Below, in pieces: positions 28,566-38,384 of a stretch of 64,000 nucleotides of DNA (its first letter is position 1; each line of letters begins with the position of its first letter). A program made the translations under genes and the position numbers. The stretch is from assembly GCA_045580875.1 (NCBI GenBank), contig JAZNOP010000005.1:1945-65944 (forward strand), given 5' to 3'. Source of the stretch: Acutalibacteraceae bacterium (GTDB lineage: Bacteria; Bacillota; Clostridia; Oscillospirales; Acutalibacteraceae). The notes below the pieces were generated by a model, which was given only the letters and a program-made list of their open reading frames with translations, did no database searches and was not told where the DNA came from.

Positions 28566-29512
28566 TTCAAAGCCTCCCGAAGGGTATCAATGTTTTTATC
28601 CATGAGTTCAAGATATGTTATTCCGGAGCCAAATTCTTCCTGCGTGAGATTATGGCAGGAGTGAAGGAGTCTCTTCTGTGCTCCCGTTGCGCTGCAAAGT
28701 GTATCTGCAGCGGTCTGATCGGAAAATTCAATATAGAATACGTAAGGGATATCTTCCTGCTGTATAATTTCAGTTAGAGATGCAATTGCAGCAAGACTTG
28801 GTTCGCTGTCGCTGGAGCAGCCCTGAAATGCAGCATGGTACTCAAGAGAGTAATGGGCGGCAAGATAAGCGAACGGGAATCTTTCCGCAAAAATAAGTGT
28901 TCTTCGCTTAGCGTTGGCAGTAAGCTCGGTAAGTTCTGCGTCAAGTTTTGAAAGCTCGTTAATATATGCAGTACAATTCTCGCTGTAGAGTGACGCGTTT
29001 GCTTCATCACGTGAACACAGAGCATCACGTACGGTTTCAGCCATCAGAATAACATTGCGCGGAGATGTCCAGATATGCTCGTCGTATTCGTATGCGTCAT
29101 GCTCGCAATGCTCATCATCTTCATGGTGATGACTTCCTGCCGCAAGAACTGCATCGGCAGGATCAATACAGTCGATCAGCCTGATTACTGTCATTTCTGA
29201 GGTATCTGCCTGAGCCAGAAGGGTGTCAACCCATTTTTCAGACGTACCTCCGATGCAGATAAAAACATCACAGTTTTGAATAAGGGCAATTTCTTTCAGA
29301 GTCGGCTCAAATCCATGGCTTTCGGTTTCAGGTGAAAGCAGCATGGTAAGTTCGGCGGCATCTCCGGTAATAGCACGAGTACAGTCGTATGGGGGGAAGG
29401 TAGTGGCTACAATGTTCAGCCTGCCGTCCGAATTGGTCTCAGCAGTGCCGCAGCCAACAAAGAAAGCAAGTGCCAGCACAGCAGCTGCAAAAAGAAATAT
29501 TATTTTTTTCAT
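28562..29512 (-). CDS. znuA: zinc ABC transporter substrate-binding lipoprotein
   Basis: ORF track start is 29536. I prefer ATG 29512 (GGAGG SD; ATGA overlap with the zur stop). Lipobox LALAFFVGCG. His/Asp/Glu-rich loop GSHHHEDDEHCEHDAYEYDEH, typical of ZnuA/AdcA. Confidence 0.85.
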   Translation of the reverse strand: MKKIIFLFAAAVLALAFFVGCGTAETNSDGRLNIVATTFPPYDCTRAITGDAAELTMLLSPETESHGFEPTLKEIALIQNCDVFICIGGTSEKWVDTLLAQADTSEMTVIRLIDCIDPADAVLAAGSHHHEDDEHCEHDAYEYDEHIWTSPRNVILMAETVRDALCSRDEANASLYSENCTAYINELSKLDAELTELTANAKRRTLIFAERFPFAYLAAHYSLEYHAAFQGCSSDSEPSLAAIASLTEIIQQEDIPYVFYIEFSDQTAADTLCSATGAQKRLLHSCHNLTQEEFGSGITYLELMDKNIDTLREALN

Positions 29513-29922
29513 CGTGAACCTCCGGATGTTTTGCATTCACGGCATACACCGTAAATGGTACTCCGTTCTTCATCAACAGAAAAGTCGAATTCACTGCCGA
29601 TAGAACGTTCAATCTGCCGGCTTTCATTTGACTGCAGGCAGATTGTGCTGTCGCAGACCAGGCAGCGAAGATGAAGATGCCCGTGGCAATCAGCGGTGCC
29701 GCAGAAGCGGTATACAGCGCCGCGACCATTTTCTGAGGGCTTCTTTTCAATTAAACCTTCCTCTGTAAGCTTGGTGAGCATCCGGTAAACCGTAGCCTCA
29801 CTCAGGTCAAGCTTCGGGTCGGAGATTATATCGCGAGAACTGAGCCAGCGCTCACTTTCTGAACGGAAATAGTCGATGAGCTCTGCTCTTTGACGTGTGT
29901 TGTACTGTTTTTTTTCAGACAT
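29509..29922 (-). CDS. zur: Fur-family zinc uptake regulator
   Basis: ORF track start is 29970. I prefer ATG 29922 (GGGAG SD). Winged HTH plus CxxC pairs (LRCLVCDS, YGVCRECK). First gene of the zinc-uptake operon. Confidence 0.8.
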   Translation of the reverse strand: MSEKKQYNTRQRAELIDYFRSESERWLSSRDIISDPKLDLSEATVYRMLTKLTEEGLIEKKPSENGRGAVYRFCGTADCHGHLHLRCLVCDSTICLQSNESRQIERSIGSEFDFSVDEERSTIYGVCRECKTSGGSR

Positions 29923-29931
29923 AAAAACACT

Positions 29932-29960
29932 CCCAAATTGATAGTAACTATCAATTTGGG
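29932..29960. promoter_or_regulatory. Zur/Fur-type operator, perfect 14-1-14 palindrome
   Basis: CCCAAATTGATAGT-A-ACTATCAATTTGGG. The arms are exact reverse complements. It abuts the -10 hexamer and covers the likely TSS/5' UTR of zur. Confidence 0.8.
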
Positions 29961-29989
29961 AGTATATCATATCTGAGAAACAAATGCAA
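29961..29989 (-). promoter_or_regulatory. sigma-A promoter of the zur-znuACB operon
   Basis: On the minus strand: TTGCAT (29989-29984), 17-nt spacer, TATACT (29966-29961). Confidence 0.6.
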
Positions 29990-30064
29990 GTAAATATTGA
30001 CCTTAACGGTGTTATAATGCTGTTATTTCTTCTGGAAAGCTCAGATGGCTGAGTTTTCCAGCTA

Positions 30065-30550
30065 TTATTTTGCGCTTTTTTGTCCTCCGCTGATTTTAAC
30101 CTTGTAAGTCTGATTGCAAATAGGGCAGCGTACGGTATGTTTACCGTTCACACGCGGAAGACGCATTACCTTCTTACAATGGGGGCATTTTTTGTAAAGA
30201 TGTGTCTTGCGTTCCTTCCAGCGAAGCGACTGAAGCTTGAAGAATTCGCTTATGCCGTAATGAAGTTTCATGTATTTTTCGTTTTCAGCACTTCGTTTGA
30301 ATATTTTCTTTGAAAGGAAGCGGAAAAAAACAAGGACAGCGGTGCCAAGACAGAGCAGATTTGCCGCAATTACTATCCAGAAATCGGCGCCAAAAACAGA
30401 AAGAACAGAAGAAAGTACCAGCAGTGCACACCACACAATAGTAAGTGTGCGGTTGAGCTGATCATTGCCGTAACGACCAGACATGAAGGCGTTTAGCCTT
30501 CCTTGTGCGGACGAGAAGGTCTGCTTGATTTTTGCTATCATATTATTCAT
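30065..30550 (-). CDS. membrane protein with C-terminal zinc-ribbon
   Basis: 161 aa. Two hydrophobic helices (aa about 35-85), then CPHCKK-x17-CPICNQ. Function unknown. Confidence 0.6.
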   Translation of the reverse strand: MNNMIAKIKQTFSSAQGRLNAFMSGRYGNDQLNRTLTIVWCALLVLSSVLSVFGADFWIVIAANLLCLGTAVLVFFRFLSKKIFKRSAENEKYMKLHYGISEFFKLQSLRWKERKTHLYKKCPHCKKVMRLPRVNGKHTVRCPICNQTYKVKISGGQKSAK

Positions 30551-30660
30551 TTGCCGTAAGCTCCTTTTGATTTCAGGTGAAATGCCTGTGGATTGATATC
30601 ATTATTGTATTCAAATGATATTAATTAAATGTGAATACCCGGTGATATAATCGTGAAAAC

Positions 30661-32637
30661 TCAGGCAAAACAACAGGTCATAGCATATTCGCCGTTTGCA
30701 CGCTCAGAAATAATCACATTTATTGAAGTATAACCGGCATCTGAGGAAAGATAATATCTGATCTTTTCTTTTACTCTTGCTTCGTATTCTGAAGCTGAGT
30801 AATATGCAGCTGTGATTACCCGTGTAGATGCTCCGCACATGGAGTTGCTTTCATCAAGTGTTGTATCCCATTCTATACCAAGAGACTGTGCGTATGTTTT
30901 AATGTTCTCAAGGATTAAATCCATTGCGGCACGGTCTGCCCACGGTCCGGTATACGCTGTAGTAGTGGTAGTTTTGACGGTAGTTACTGTTGTCGATGAA
31001 GTAGTGGTAACCTTATTATATGGATTATTCGAAGCCGGATCAGAGGGATCCCAGCCTTTGTAAGTGTTGTTTTTTGTGCGTTTTGGGACGCCTGCACCGG
31101 TCGGTCCGGAGGCGTTGACAATATTTACTTGAGTACCGTTGGGACAGTTTTCGTATATCCATTTGGCATCGCGTACACACAGCCTGATACAGCCGTGCGA
31201 GGCAGGTGAACCCAGCTTGTCGTATTCTGTCATATCAAGAGTTGATGGATCCTGCTTGAAATAAGGGACAGAATGGAACAAATAGCTTTTCGAGATAGAG
31301 GTAGAGTACTGACCATATACATTTCCGACCAGAAGCCTCCAGCGGAATCTGCGCCATATTTTGTACTGACCGGTGCGGGTAGGGGAAGAGGGTGCTCCGG
31401 TTGAACAGGTGAAACACTTGGTAAGGACAGAATATTTCCCGGAAGAGTCTTTTGAGTATACAGCGACGGACTGACTTTCGCCGGCATATACAACGATATA
31501 GTATTTGGATTTATAATCAGGGTTTACAACATTTTTTGCATTTTTTCCGTAACCGGAAGCCGTGGTGGAAGTGGTCGTTCTGGTGGTTGTAGTAGTTGTT
31601 GAAGTGGTAGTAGTAACCGGCTTTCCGGAGATAAGATCGATAGTGAGCGGTGATATGGCGTTCTCGCCGCCATACACATAAACTGTCTTTATGTTGGATC
31701 GTTTGATTACATTAATGATTGCGGTGTTATCCTTATTGTTGTTTACAAGCACTACAGGAGCTTGAAGTTCAGATGACAATGCACCGCCGGCAAGCGCATC
31801 AGGGAAATCTGCGCCGGTTGCAAATGTCAGAATATCAGGAGCAAATATGCTGTGAAATTCATTGTAAACAGCAAGAGATGTGGCGTAACGTGACGTACCA
31901 TATACACGTCTTACTGATACATCGAATTCCGCAAGTTCCAATTCAGCGCGCTCGCTGACAGCGCTTGGACCACCGACAATAACGACTTCATTTATGTTGT
32001 TTTTTTCGATGAACTCTGCAACCGGGTCCTTTATTTCACCGTTCTGCGGACAGAAGAGAATGTTGGAGTTCATAATACCTGCTGCAGCACCGGCGGAAAG
32101 AGCATCAGGGAAATTTTCTCCGGATACAAGAAAGACCGTTTTTGAAATATCAGCATAATTTGCATTGTAGGACGCAATCTGAACTGCAGTATCATATCGT
32201 GACTGTCCGCTCAGACGCGTAACGGTCATTCCGAGTGCTCTTAGCTGTGATATGATATCTTCGCTTACAACGGCCGGACCGCCTAAAACGAATGCTGAAC
32301 TGACACCCAACACACTTATCTGATTAAGCACAGATGATTCAAGCGTACCCTGATTTGCGGTAAGAAGTATAGGTGCGTTCAGCTGTGCAGACAGAGGGAC
32401 TCCGGCAAGCGCATCAGCATAGCTGAGTCCGTTGGCAATGATCACAGCTTCTGCAGTATCGGAAATCAGTTCTGTGCGATATGCGGCTATCTGACAGGCC
32501 GTGTCGTATCTTGATTTGCCGGATATTCTTGTAAAGATGGGAGCATTGGATTCTGCCCCTGATGCAATTGATTCAGGAGCAAAGGATGTGAATAATATAA
32601 TAATTGCAAGCAGTATCGGTATTATTTTATACTTCAT
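30661..32637 (-). CDS. cell-wall-anchored (3x CWB2 repeat) L,D-transpeptidase
   Basis: 658 aa. Signal peptide, three CWB2 repeats (GKSRYDTACQIA, GQSRYDTAVQIA, GTSRYATSLAVY), Thr-rich linkers, YkuD catalytic motif HSVPY...SHGCIRL, and an extra ~110-aa C-terminal domain. Confidence 0.85.
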   Translation of the reverse strand: MKYKIIPILLAIIILFTSFAPESIASGAESNAPIFTRISGKSRYDTACQIAAYRTELISDTAEAVIIANGLSYADALAGVPLSAQLNAPILLTANQGTLESSVLNQISVLGVSSAFVLGGPAVVSEDIISQLRALGMTVTRLSGQSRYDTAVQIASYNANYADISKTVFLVSGENFPDALSAGAAAGIMNSNILFCPQNGEIKDPVAEFIEKNNINEVVIVGGPSAVSERAELELAEFDVSVRRVYGTSRYATSLAVYNEFHSIFAPDILTFATGADFPDALAGGALSSELQAPVVLVNNNKDNTAIINVIKRSNIKTVYVYGGENAISPLTIDLISGKPVTTTTSTTTTTTRTTTSTTASGYGKNAKNVVNPDYKSKYYIVVYAGESQSVAVYSKDSSGKYSVLTKCFTCSTGAPSSPTRTGQYKIWRRFRWRLLVGNVYGQYSTSISKSYLFHSVPYFKQDPSTLDMTEYDKLGSPASHGCIRLCVRDAKWIYENCPNGTQVNIVNASGPTGAGVPKRTKNNTYKGWDPSDPASNNPYNKVTTTSSTTVTTVKTTTTTAYTGPWADRAAMDLILENIKTYAQSLGIEWDTTLDESNSMCGASTRVITAAYYSASEYEARVKEKIRYYLSSDAGYTSINVIISERANGEYAMTCCFA

Positions 32638-32745
32638 GCTCTCACCTCAGCTTGTTTTTGTCGTCTTTGTTATTGTCAGCTTCATTTTGTCCGGTTCTTC
32701 TAACTTTTGCTGTCCAAATTTCTAAAAAATAAATTTGTGAATGAA

Positions 32746-35136
32746 TTAAATTTTCTTGAGTCCGGCGAAGTTAGCCATGAGCTTTTTCTTTCCGACTTTC
32801 GGGAAATCAATATCAAGAAGGGTGTCATTTCCCATAGGAGATGCGGAAATAACTGTTCCCTCACCAAATACACGGTGCTTGACCTTGTCGCCGGCTCTGA
32901 AGCCACCGGAAGAAGAGGGGGCAGCGCCGTTTCCGGCAGTAACACGTGTGGAATTCATTGCAGATGCCCTTGAATCAGCTCTTCTGTTTGTGAAGTCAGA
33001 CGCGCTGACCGAACTGTTTCTCTGAGTAAGACCCTTATGTTCAACAAGAGAACCGTCAATTTCGCCGGCATAGCGTGATAACTTGTTGCGCTGAGTCTGA
33101 CCGTAAAGTATACGCGATTCAGCGTGTGTGATGTACAACTGTTTCTTGGCTCTTGTAATGCCTACATAAGCAAGACGTCTGTCTTCCTCGATTTCAGCAG
33201 CATCGAGCATTGTGTTCAGATTCGGGAATATTCCTTCTTCTGTGCCGGGAATAAATACTACAGGGAATTCAAGACCCTTTGCAGCGTGCAGAGTCATGAG
33301 TGAAACGCAGTCTGCATCGTCGTCATATGCGTCGATGTCAGTCACGAGTGCGACATCTTCGAGATAGCCGCCAAGTGTTGTTTCATCGCCGTTTTCTTCT
33401 TCATAACGCAGCATTGTCGAGCCGAGTTCCTTGAGGTTTTCTATTCTGTCAGCTGCTTTTTCATCACTTGCGAGCATAGCAAGTGTATATCCGGATTTAT
33501 CAAGGACCATGTCAAGCAGGTCGGCAAGTCCGATTTCAGGATCCTCAGCGGCTTCGATGAGCTCGCACATCATATTGTAGAATTTCTTCAGATTATTCGC
33601 AGCACGGCTGAGTGATGCATACTGGTCGGCAGTTCCGAATACCTCGAACATAGAGATGCCGAGTGTGGCAGCGATTTCTGAGGCAAGCTGAATGCTGCGG
33701 TCGCCGATACCGCGCTTGGGTTCGTTTACTATTCTGGAAAGTCTGACCTCATCTGCCGGGTTGTTTATTACTGAAAGATATGCGATTGCATCACGGATTT
33801 CCTTGCGGTCGTAGAACTTGCGTCCGGCAACAACGCGATAGGGAATACCGGCTCTCATCATATGGTTTTCAATCGGGCTTGAGAGTGAGTTGGCTCGATA
33901 CAGTACAGCGCAGTCTGAATATTTTCCGCCAGCAGCAACGTGCTCGGTGATTGTTGTTGAGATGAATGCAGCCTCTGCGCGTTCATCAGGAGCAGAAAAA
34001 ACAACAACAGGTGAGCCCTTGTCGTTTGAGGTCCAGAGCTTCTTTGAATGACGTCCCTGATTGTGAGCGATAACAGAGTTTGCGGCATCAAGTATGGTCT
34101 GTGTTGAACGATAATTCTGCTCAAGACGGATTATTCTTGCATCGGGGTAATGCTTTTCAAAACCGAGAATATTTTCTATTGTCGCACCGCGGAATTTGTA
34201 TATACTCTGATCGTCATCACCAACAACGCAGAGGTTGCGGTGACCGTCAGCGAGAAGACGTACCATGCGGTACTGCGCATGGTTGGTATCCTGATATTCG
34301 TCAACCATTATGTAGCGGAAACGGCGCTGATAGTAGTCGCGCACGTCTTCGTTGCGCTCGAGCAGCAGAACTGTATTGAAGAGCAGGTCATCAAAGTCCA
34401 TTGCGTTTGCATCACGCAGTTTTTTCTGATAGAGCGAGTATATCTTTGCTATCTGCTTGAGTCTGAGGTCAGAGCCTGCCTTGCTTTCGTAGCCAGCCGG
34501 ATCAATCATGCTGTCCTTTGCGTGGCTTATTTCGTTGATAACTGATTTTATCGGAAGATTTTTTTCGTCAATATTCAGTTCGTTCATGCAAGCTTTTATC
34601 ATACGCTTCTGATCATCAGTGTCGTAAATTGTGAAGCTGCTTTCATAACCGAGTCGGTCAGCGTCACGGCGAAGCATTCTGGCGCAGCTTGCGTGGAAAG
34701 TCATAGCCCATACCTCGCCGCCTTCTTCGCCAAGCATATTGATAAGGCGTTCCTTGAGTTCACCGGCGGCCTTGTTTGTGAATGTAATAGCCATAAGCTG
34801 CCATGCGCGCGGAGGATTCTCAGCCATCAGTTCAACAGCGCGATCGTCGGCATCCATGCCGCGTTCGATACCGTCTGCATATCTCTCGAGAAAATCAACA
34901 TCATCTTCACTGAGACCGTAAGGGATATTTTCGGAGTAGTAAGCTCTTCCGTATTTCAACAGATTTGCAGCCCTGTTAATCAGAACAGTGGTCTTGCCGC
35001 TGCCTGCACCGGCAAGAATAAGAAGCGGACCTTCAGTTGTAAAAACTGCATCCATCTGTTCATTGTTCATGCGTGAGAACTCTCGCTGCATGGCTTTTTT
35101 TCTTGCTTCTATAAATCTTATTTCAAGTGATGTCAT
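32746..35136 (-). CDS. pcrA: ATP-dependent DNA helicase PcrA/UvrD
   Basis: 796 aa. Walker A AGAGSGKTTVLINR, DEYQDTN, TLHAAKGLEF, VGITRAK. Confidence 0.92.
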   Translation of the reverse strand: MTSLEIRFIEARKKAMQREFSRMNNEQMDAVFTTEGPLLILAGAGSGKTTVLINRAANLLKYGRAYYSENIPYGLSEDDVDFLERYADGIERGMDADDRAVELMAENPPRAWQLMAITFTNKAAGELKERLINMLGEEGGEVWAMTFHASCARMLRRDADRLGYESSFTIYDTDDQKRMIKACMNELNIDEKNLPIKSVINEISHAKDSMIDPAGYESKAGSDLRLKQIAKIYSLYQKKLRDANAMDFDDLLFNTVLLLERNEDVRDYYQRRFRYIMVDEYQDTNHAQYRMVRLLADGHRNLCVVGDDDQSIYKFRGATIENILGFEKHYPDARIIRLEQNYRSTQTILDAANSVIAHNQGRHSKKLWTSNDKGSPVVVFSAPDERAEAAFISTTITEHVAAGGKYSDCAVLYRANSLSSPIENHMMRAGIPYRVVAGRKFYDRKEIRDAIAYLSVINNPADEVRLSRIVNEPKRGIGDRSIQLASEIAATLGISMFEVFGTADQYASLSRAANNLKKFYNMMCELIEAAEDPEIGLADLLDMVLDKSGYTLAMLASDEKAADRIENLKELGSTMLRYEEENGDETTLGGYLEDVALVTDIDAYDDDADCVSLMTLHAAKGLEFPVVFIPGTEEGIFPNLNTMLDAAEIEEDRRLAYVGITRAKKQLYITHAESRILYGQTQRNKLSRYAGEIDGSLVEHKGLTQRNSSVSASDFTNRRADSRASAMNSTRVTAGNGAAPSSSGGFRAGDKVKHRVFGEGTVISASPMGNDTLLDIDFPKVGKKKLMANFAGLKKI

Positions 35137-35191
35137 CTGTTTGTGTACGACCTTTCTCGTGAATTAGGTTCAAATCTTGCCTGTATGGCGG

Positions 35192-35225
35192 TAAAAGGGC
35201 TGCCGCATAACGCTGCAGCAGCCCG
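35192..35225 (-). terminator. intrinsic terminator after the Lgt-like gene
   Basis: GGGCTGC (35197-35203) pairs with GCAGCCC (35218-35224). The minus strand reads stem-loop-stem followed by TTTT. Confidence 0.7.
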
Positions 35226-35245
35226 GCTTTTCGGAATATTGTGTT

Positions 35246-36256
35246 TTATCTGCGCTTTCCTATGGGAATCATAAGACCGGTTGATTTGTGTGACGGGGAA
35301 TAGGTGATCGCAAACATATGACCGGTAAAGCAGGCGATAAGCGAAAGGCAGGTAATCATTATTGCGTAATTACGTGCGAATACTGCAGAATGAATACGGA
35401 ATTCCATAAAGAATGCAAGGGTAAGCAGACCGGCTGTGAGCAGCCAAATAACAATATGGATAAGTCTGAAGCCGGCTTTTCTGATTGATGTAACGCTGTA
35501 GAAAACATGAACAAACACAATCAGCACAAGGCTGGTAATCTGCATAACACGGACGAATCCAAGTGAATTCATGAACATCGAATCAAGTCTCATGCCTTCA
35601 AGCGGACCCTGAGTAGTGCCGAACAGAAGCAATGTGATAAGCATTACATTTCCGCTGGTAATGCGCTTTTTCTTTCCGGTGTAAATGTAACAGAAGAGAA
35701 TCAGCGAAAGCAGGCAGATAACAGCAGCTGCAATTGCTTCAAGTACGAAGACCGAAAGATGCCACGAACCGTCGTATGCATCATATATTGCATAGGGGAA
35801 ACGCTGGAGCGACGGTATCTCAATAATTTTGCCGCGGTCATCAATGCTGAAATAACCGGAGAGTCTGCCGATGCAGATGCCGAGCATTGCTGCGGGAGCG
35901 AAGGCGTCGAGCAGAGCGAAAAAGTCATCGATATGAAATACTGAACGGACGACGAGAAGTGAAATCAGTATTCCAAAGGCAGCACCGAAAATTGTATTGC
36001 CGCCGACGCTGGGAGAGAAGATTGCATCAAAAATGCCATCGAAATATTCCTTGTTGAAAAACCAGTATGAGATACGGGAGAGCAGATAGCCAAGCGGAAG
36101 TGCTATGGCGGCTCCGATATAAACCGGTAAGTCATTCTTTTTCTGAACACGGCGAAGACCGGCGGTCATCAATATTGCAGCTGCAATTGCGATTGCAATA
36201 ACTATACCGTGCCAGTAGACATCAGATTGTTTGGTGAACCAGAATACGTAGTTCAT
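35246..36256 (-). CDS. prolipoprotein diacylglyceryl transferase-like polytopic membrane protein
   Basis: 336 aa, at least 8 hydrophobic helices. The IGRLSGYF segment resembles the Lgt GRxGNF motif. Assignment is tentative. Confidence 0.45.
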   Translation of the reverse strand: MNYVFWFTKQSDVYWHGIVIAIAIAAAILMTAGLRRVQKKNDLPVYIGAAIALPLGYLLSRISYWFFNKEYFDGIFDAIFSPSVGGNTIFGAAFGILISLLVVRSVFHIDDFFALLDAFAPAAMLGICIGRLSGYFSIDDRGKIIEIPSLQRFPYAIYDAYDGSWHLSVFVLEAIAAAVICLLSLILFCYIYTGKKKRITSGNVMLITLLLFGTTQGPLEGMRLDSMFMNSLGFVRVMQITSLVLIVFVHVFYSVTSIRKAGFRLIHIVIWLLTAGLLTLAFFMEFRIHSAVFARNYAIMITCLSLIACFTGHMFAITYSPSHKSTGLMIPIGKRR

Positions 36257-36295
36257 AATATACCTGCGCGTTGTGAACGAAGCGCGCCTTCCTCC

Positions 36296-37420
36296 TTATT
36301 CGTTGGGAATAGCTGTTGCGAAATAAAGCAGATCACTGGAAGCACGCTGTCCACCGAAAGCGACGCGGTTGAATACTTCACCGCCGACAACGAGAGTAGC
36401 AGTGTGACCGCCGTCAAGGTTATAAGCGATATAGCAGCCCTTGTCGTTCATGACCTGAGCAAGAATGTAAGAGCGTGTTCCGTGATAGCCGGGGTTCTTA
36501 CCGTCAACGGTGCAGATGAGGTAATGAAGCTCGCCGAGCTGACCAATTGCAGCGCGCGGCGCCCAGCCGTATATCCAGCCTTCGCCTTCATAATTGTATG
36601 CTTCCTTCGGAGTGAGGATATGACCGTCTTTGACAAGGGTCGGACCGAAGCAAACGCTGAAATTGATGTCATTCTCTGCAACGTAACCCTCTACGTCGTA
36701 ATTATCATGGCAGTATTCTATGTTAAGATCGCCGGAATAATCGATGAAGAGTACGTACGGCATCTTGGTGCGCGGCTCATCGCGGTAGACAACACCGTTG
36801 TTGACAACGACACCATAGGTACGGTAATTATAGAAGTCGCCGGTTATTGCAACAACGGCATTGGTTGTCTGAGCCATTGTCTGCGGATAATAACGCGTGT
36901 TCATCTGATATTCGCCGCCTGCGTAATAACGTCTTATCTGCGACGGGTGAGCAATTGTGATATCAGCAAAGTTGTATGTTTCCTTGGTTTCGATATCGAT
37001 GCGTTCCTTCCAGAGGTAAGCTTTGATGGTCTCATCTTCGTACATGATGATATCGGAACCGTCCCATGCATCTTTATTGAAGGTTGTGACCTTCTGTGAA
37101 AGAAGCTCAGTATCCTTTGTTGTCAGATAGTTGTTTGCATCAGCAACAGGACCGGGATCAGAGTTGAAGGGGAGAGTATATACCTTAGGCATGGCATAAA
37201 TCTCAGACATTGCCTCACTCGAAATATTGATTGCACCGGTGTTGAAATCTACGGATGCATTTTTTGAGGGAAGATTTGTGTTTTCGACGATCACCTGAGA
37301 GGAACTGAATGCGAAAACTGCAAATATAAGTTCAATCAGCAGAATTCCGGCGATAATAAGCTTCTGAACGAGTGAGCTTCTGCCGGAAGAGCTGTTCGGG
37401 ACAGTGCGGCTGTTATGCAT
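36296..37420 (-). CDS. phosphodiester glycosidase (NAGPA/DUF2233) family protein, membrane anchored
   Basis: ORF track start is 37504. I prefer ATG 37420 (AAGGAGA SD; this avoids overlap with the upstream gene). N-terminal TM helix. C-terminal YNLDGGHTATLV motif. Confidence 0.65.
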   Translation of the reverse strand: MHNSRTVPNSSSGRSSLVQKLIIAGILLIELIFAVFAFSSSQVIVENTNLPSKNASVDFNTGAINISSEAMSEIYAMPKVYTLPFNSDPGPVADANNYLTTKDTELLSQKVTTFNKDAWDGSDIIMYEDETIKAYLWKERIDIETKETYNFADITIAHPSQIRRYYAGGEYQMNTRYYPQTMAQTTNAVVAITGDFYNYRTYGVVVNNGVVYRDEPRTKMPYVLFIDYSGDLNIEYCHDNYDVEGYVAENDINFSVCFGPTLVKDGHILTPKEAYNYEGEGWIYGWAPRAAIGQLGELHYLICTVDGKNPGYHGTRSYILAQVMNDKGCYIAYNLDGGHTATLVVGGEVFNRVAFGGQRASSDLLYFATAIPNE

Positions 37421-37433
37421 GGCGGTTCTCCTT

Positions 37434-38165
37434 TTAGGCGATATTGCCGATGATGGCTTTATAAAGTGCTTCGTCGAGAATGATCTTCCATTCTCCGTTG
37501 TCATATTTCATGTTGATGATAAAAATATCAGTGCGGTAGTAATCCTCGATGCTTTCATTAAGCTGCTGAAGTGACTCGAGAACTACCTGATTTGCAGTTT
37601 CTTCATTATTGATGTCGATGGATTCGTAAGCATAGTTGTATGCAATATCGGTTACAAGCGTGTGCAGATCATCGGACATGGAGCTGATGTCAAGGTAGGT
37701 AAAGGCTACGGCCACACTGGCATCTTTTCCGGTAACGCTGGTGCTCTCAAGAGCCTTGTTGATATCATCAATGGTGACTGAGGAATATACAATTACAGCA
37801 GAGGCATCTGCAGATGAAACAACCTCAGCAGCAGGTGTGATATGGCTGACATTGCTGCTATCAAGAATATCATAATGATAGCTGTCCCCAAGCATTTCAA
37901 AAAGCTGTGAGCCGATGACGGTATCGGTGCTGCTTGTAAGTCCGAGAGATGTATAGTTGCTCAGCAGAGCATCGCAGTCTTCGTAGCGTCCGTCTGTCAG
38001 AGCGTCAAAGAATTCACTGACAGTTTCCTCCGGAGCCGGCATTCTGACGCAGGTTGCAGGGGTGAGACTGCTGCGGGAAGAGCAGAGGATAATGGTAACA
38101 ACAAGCAGAAGGAGCGCGAGCAGAATCTTAATCGCGGATCCTGAAGAATTGGTGGTTTTGCGCAT
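37434..38165 (-). CDS. hypothetical membrane-anchored or lipoprotein-like protein
   Basis: ORF track start is 38219. I prefer ATG 38165 (GGAGG SD). Signal/anchor ILLALLLLVVTIILCSS. No recognisable domain. Confidence 0.6.
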   Translation of the reverse strand: MRKTTNSSGSAIKILLALLLLVVTIILCSSRSSLTPATCVRMPAPEETVSEFFDALTDGRYEDCDALLSNYTSLGLTSSTDTVIGSQLFEMLGDSYHYDILDSSNVSHITPAAEVVSSADASAVIVYSSVTIDDINKALESTSVTGKDASVAVAFTYLDISSMSDDLHTLVTDIAYNYAYESIDINNEETANQVVLESLQQLNESIEDYYRTDIFIINMKYDNGEWKIILDEALYKAIIGNIA

Positions 38166-38384
38166 ATTGCTGAGCCTCCGAAAAGTTATATTTCTCTGAA
38201 CAGAGTCATATAACCTCATTTTATATAATATTAATACATATTATAAGTGATTAGTAACGTTATGTCAATGACAGCAATGTTAATTTCGCCCGTGAAAGTA
38301 AATAATACCCGATCAATTACGGTAAAGGAAAAGCCGCCAGCAACATGCTGACGGCTGAAGTTATATGGTTTGAATTGCAGAATA

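Noticed and set aside
36209-37099. 296-aa plus-strand ORF
   Set aside because: It is antisense to the phosphodiester-glycosidase gene and spans the Lgt-like gene start. It has no SD and no recognisable motifs.
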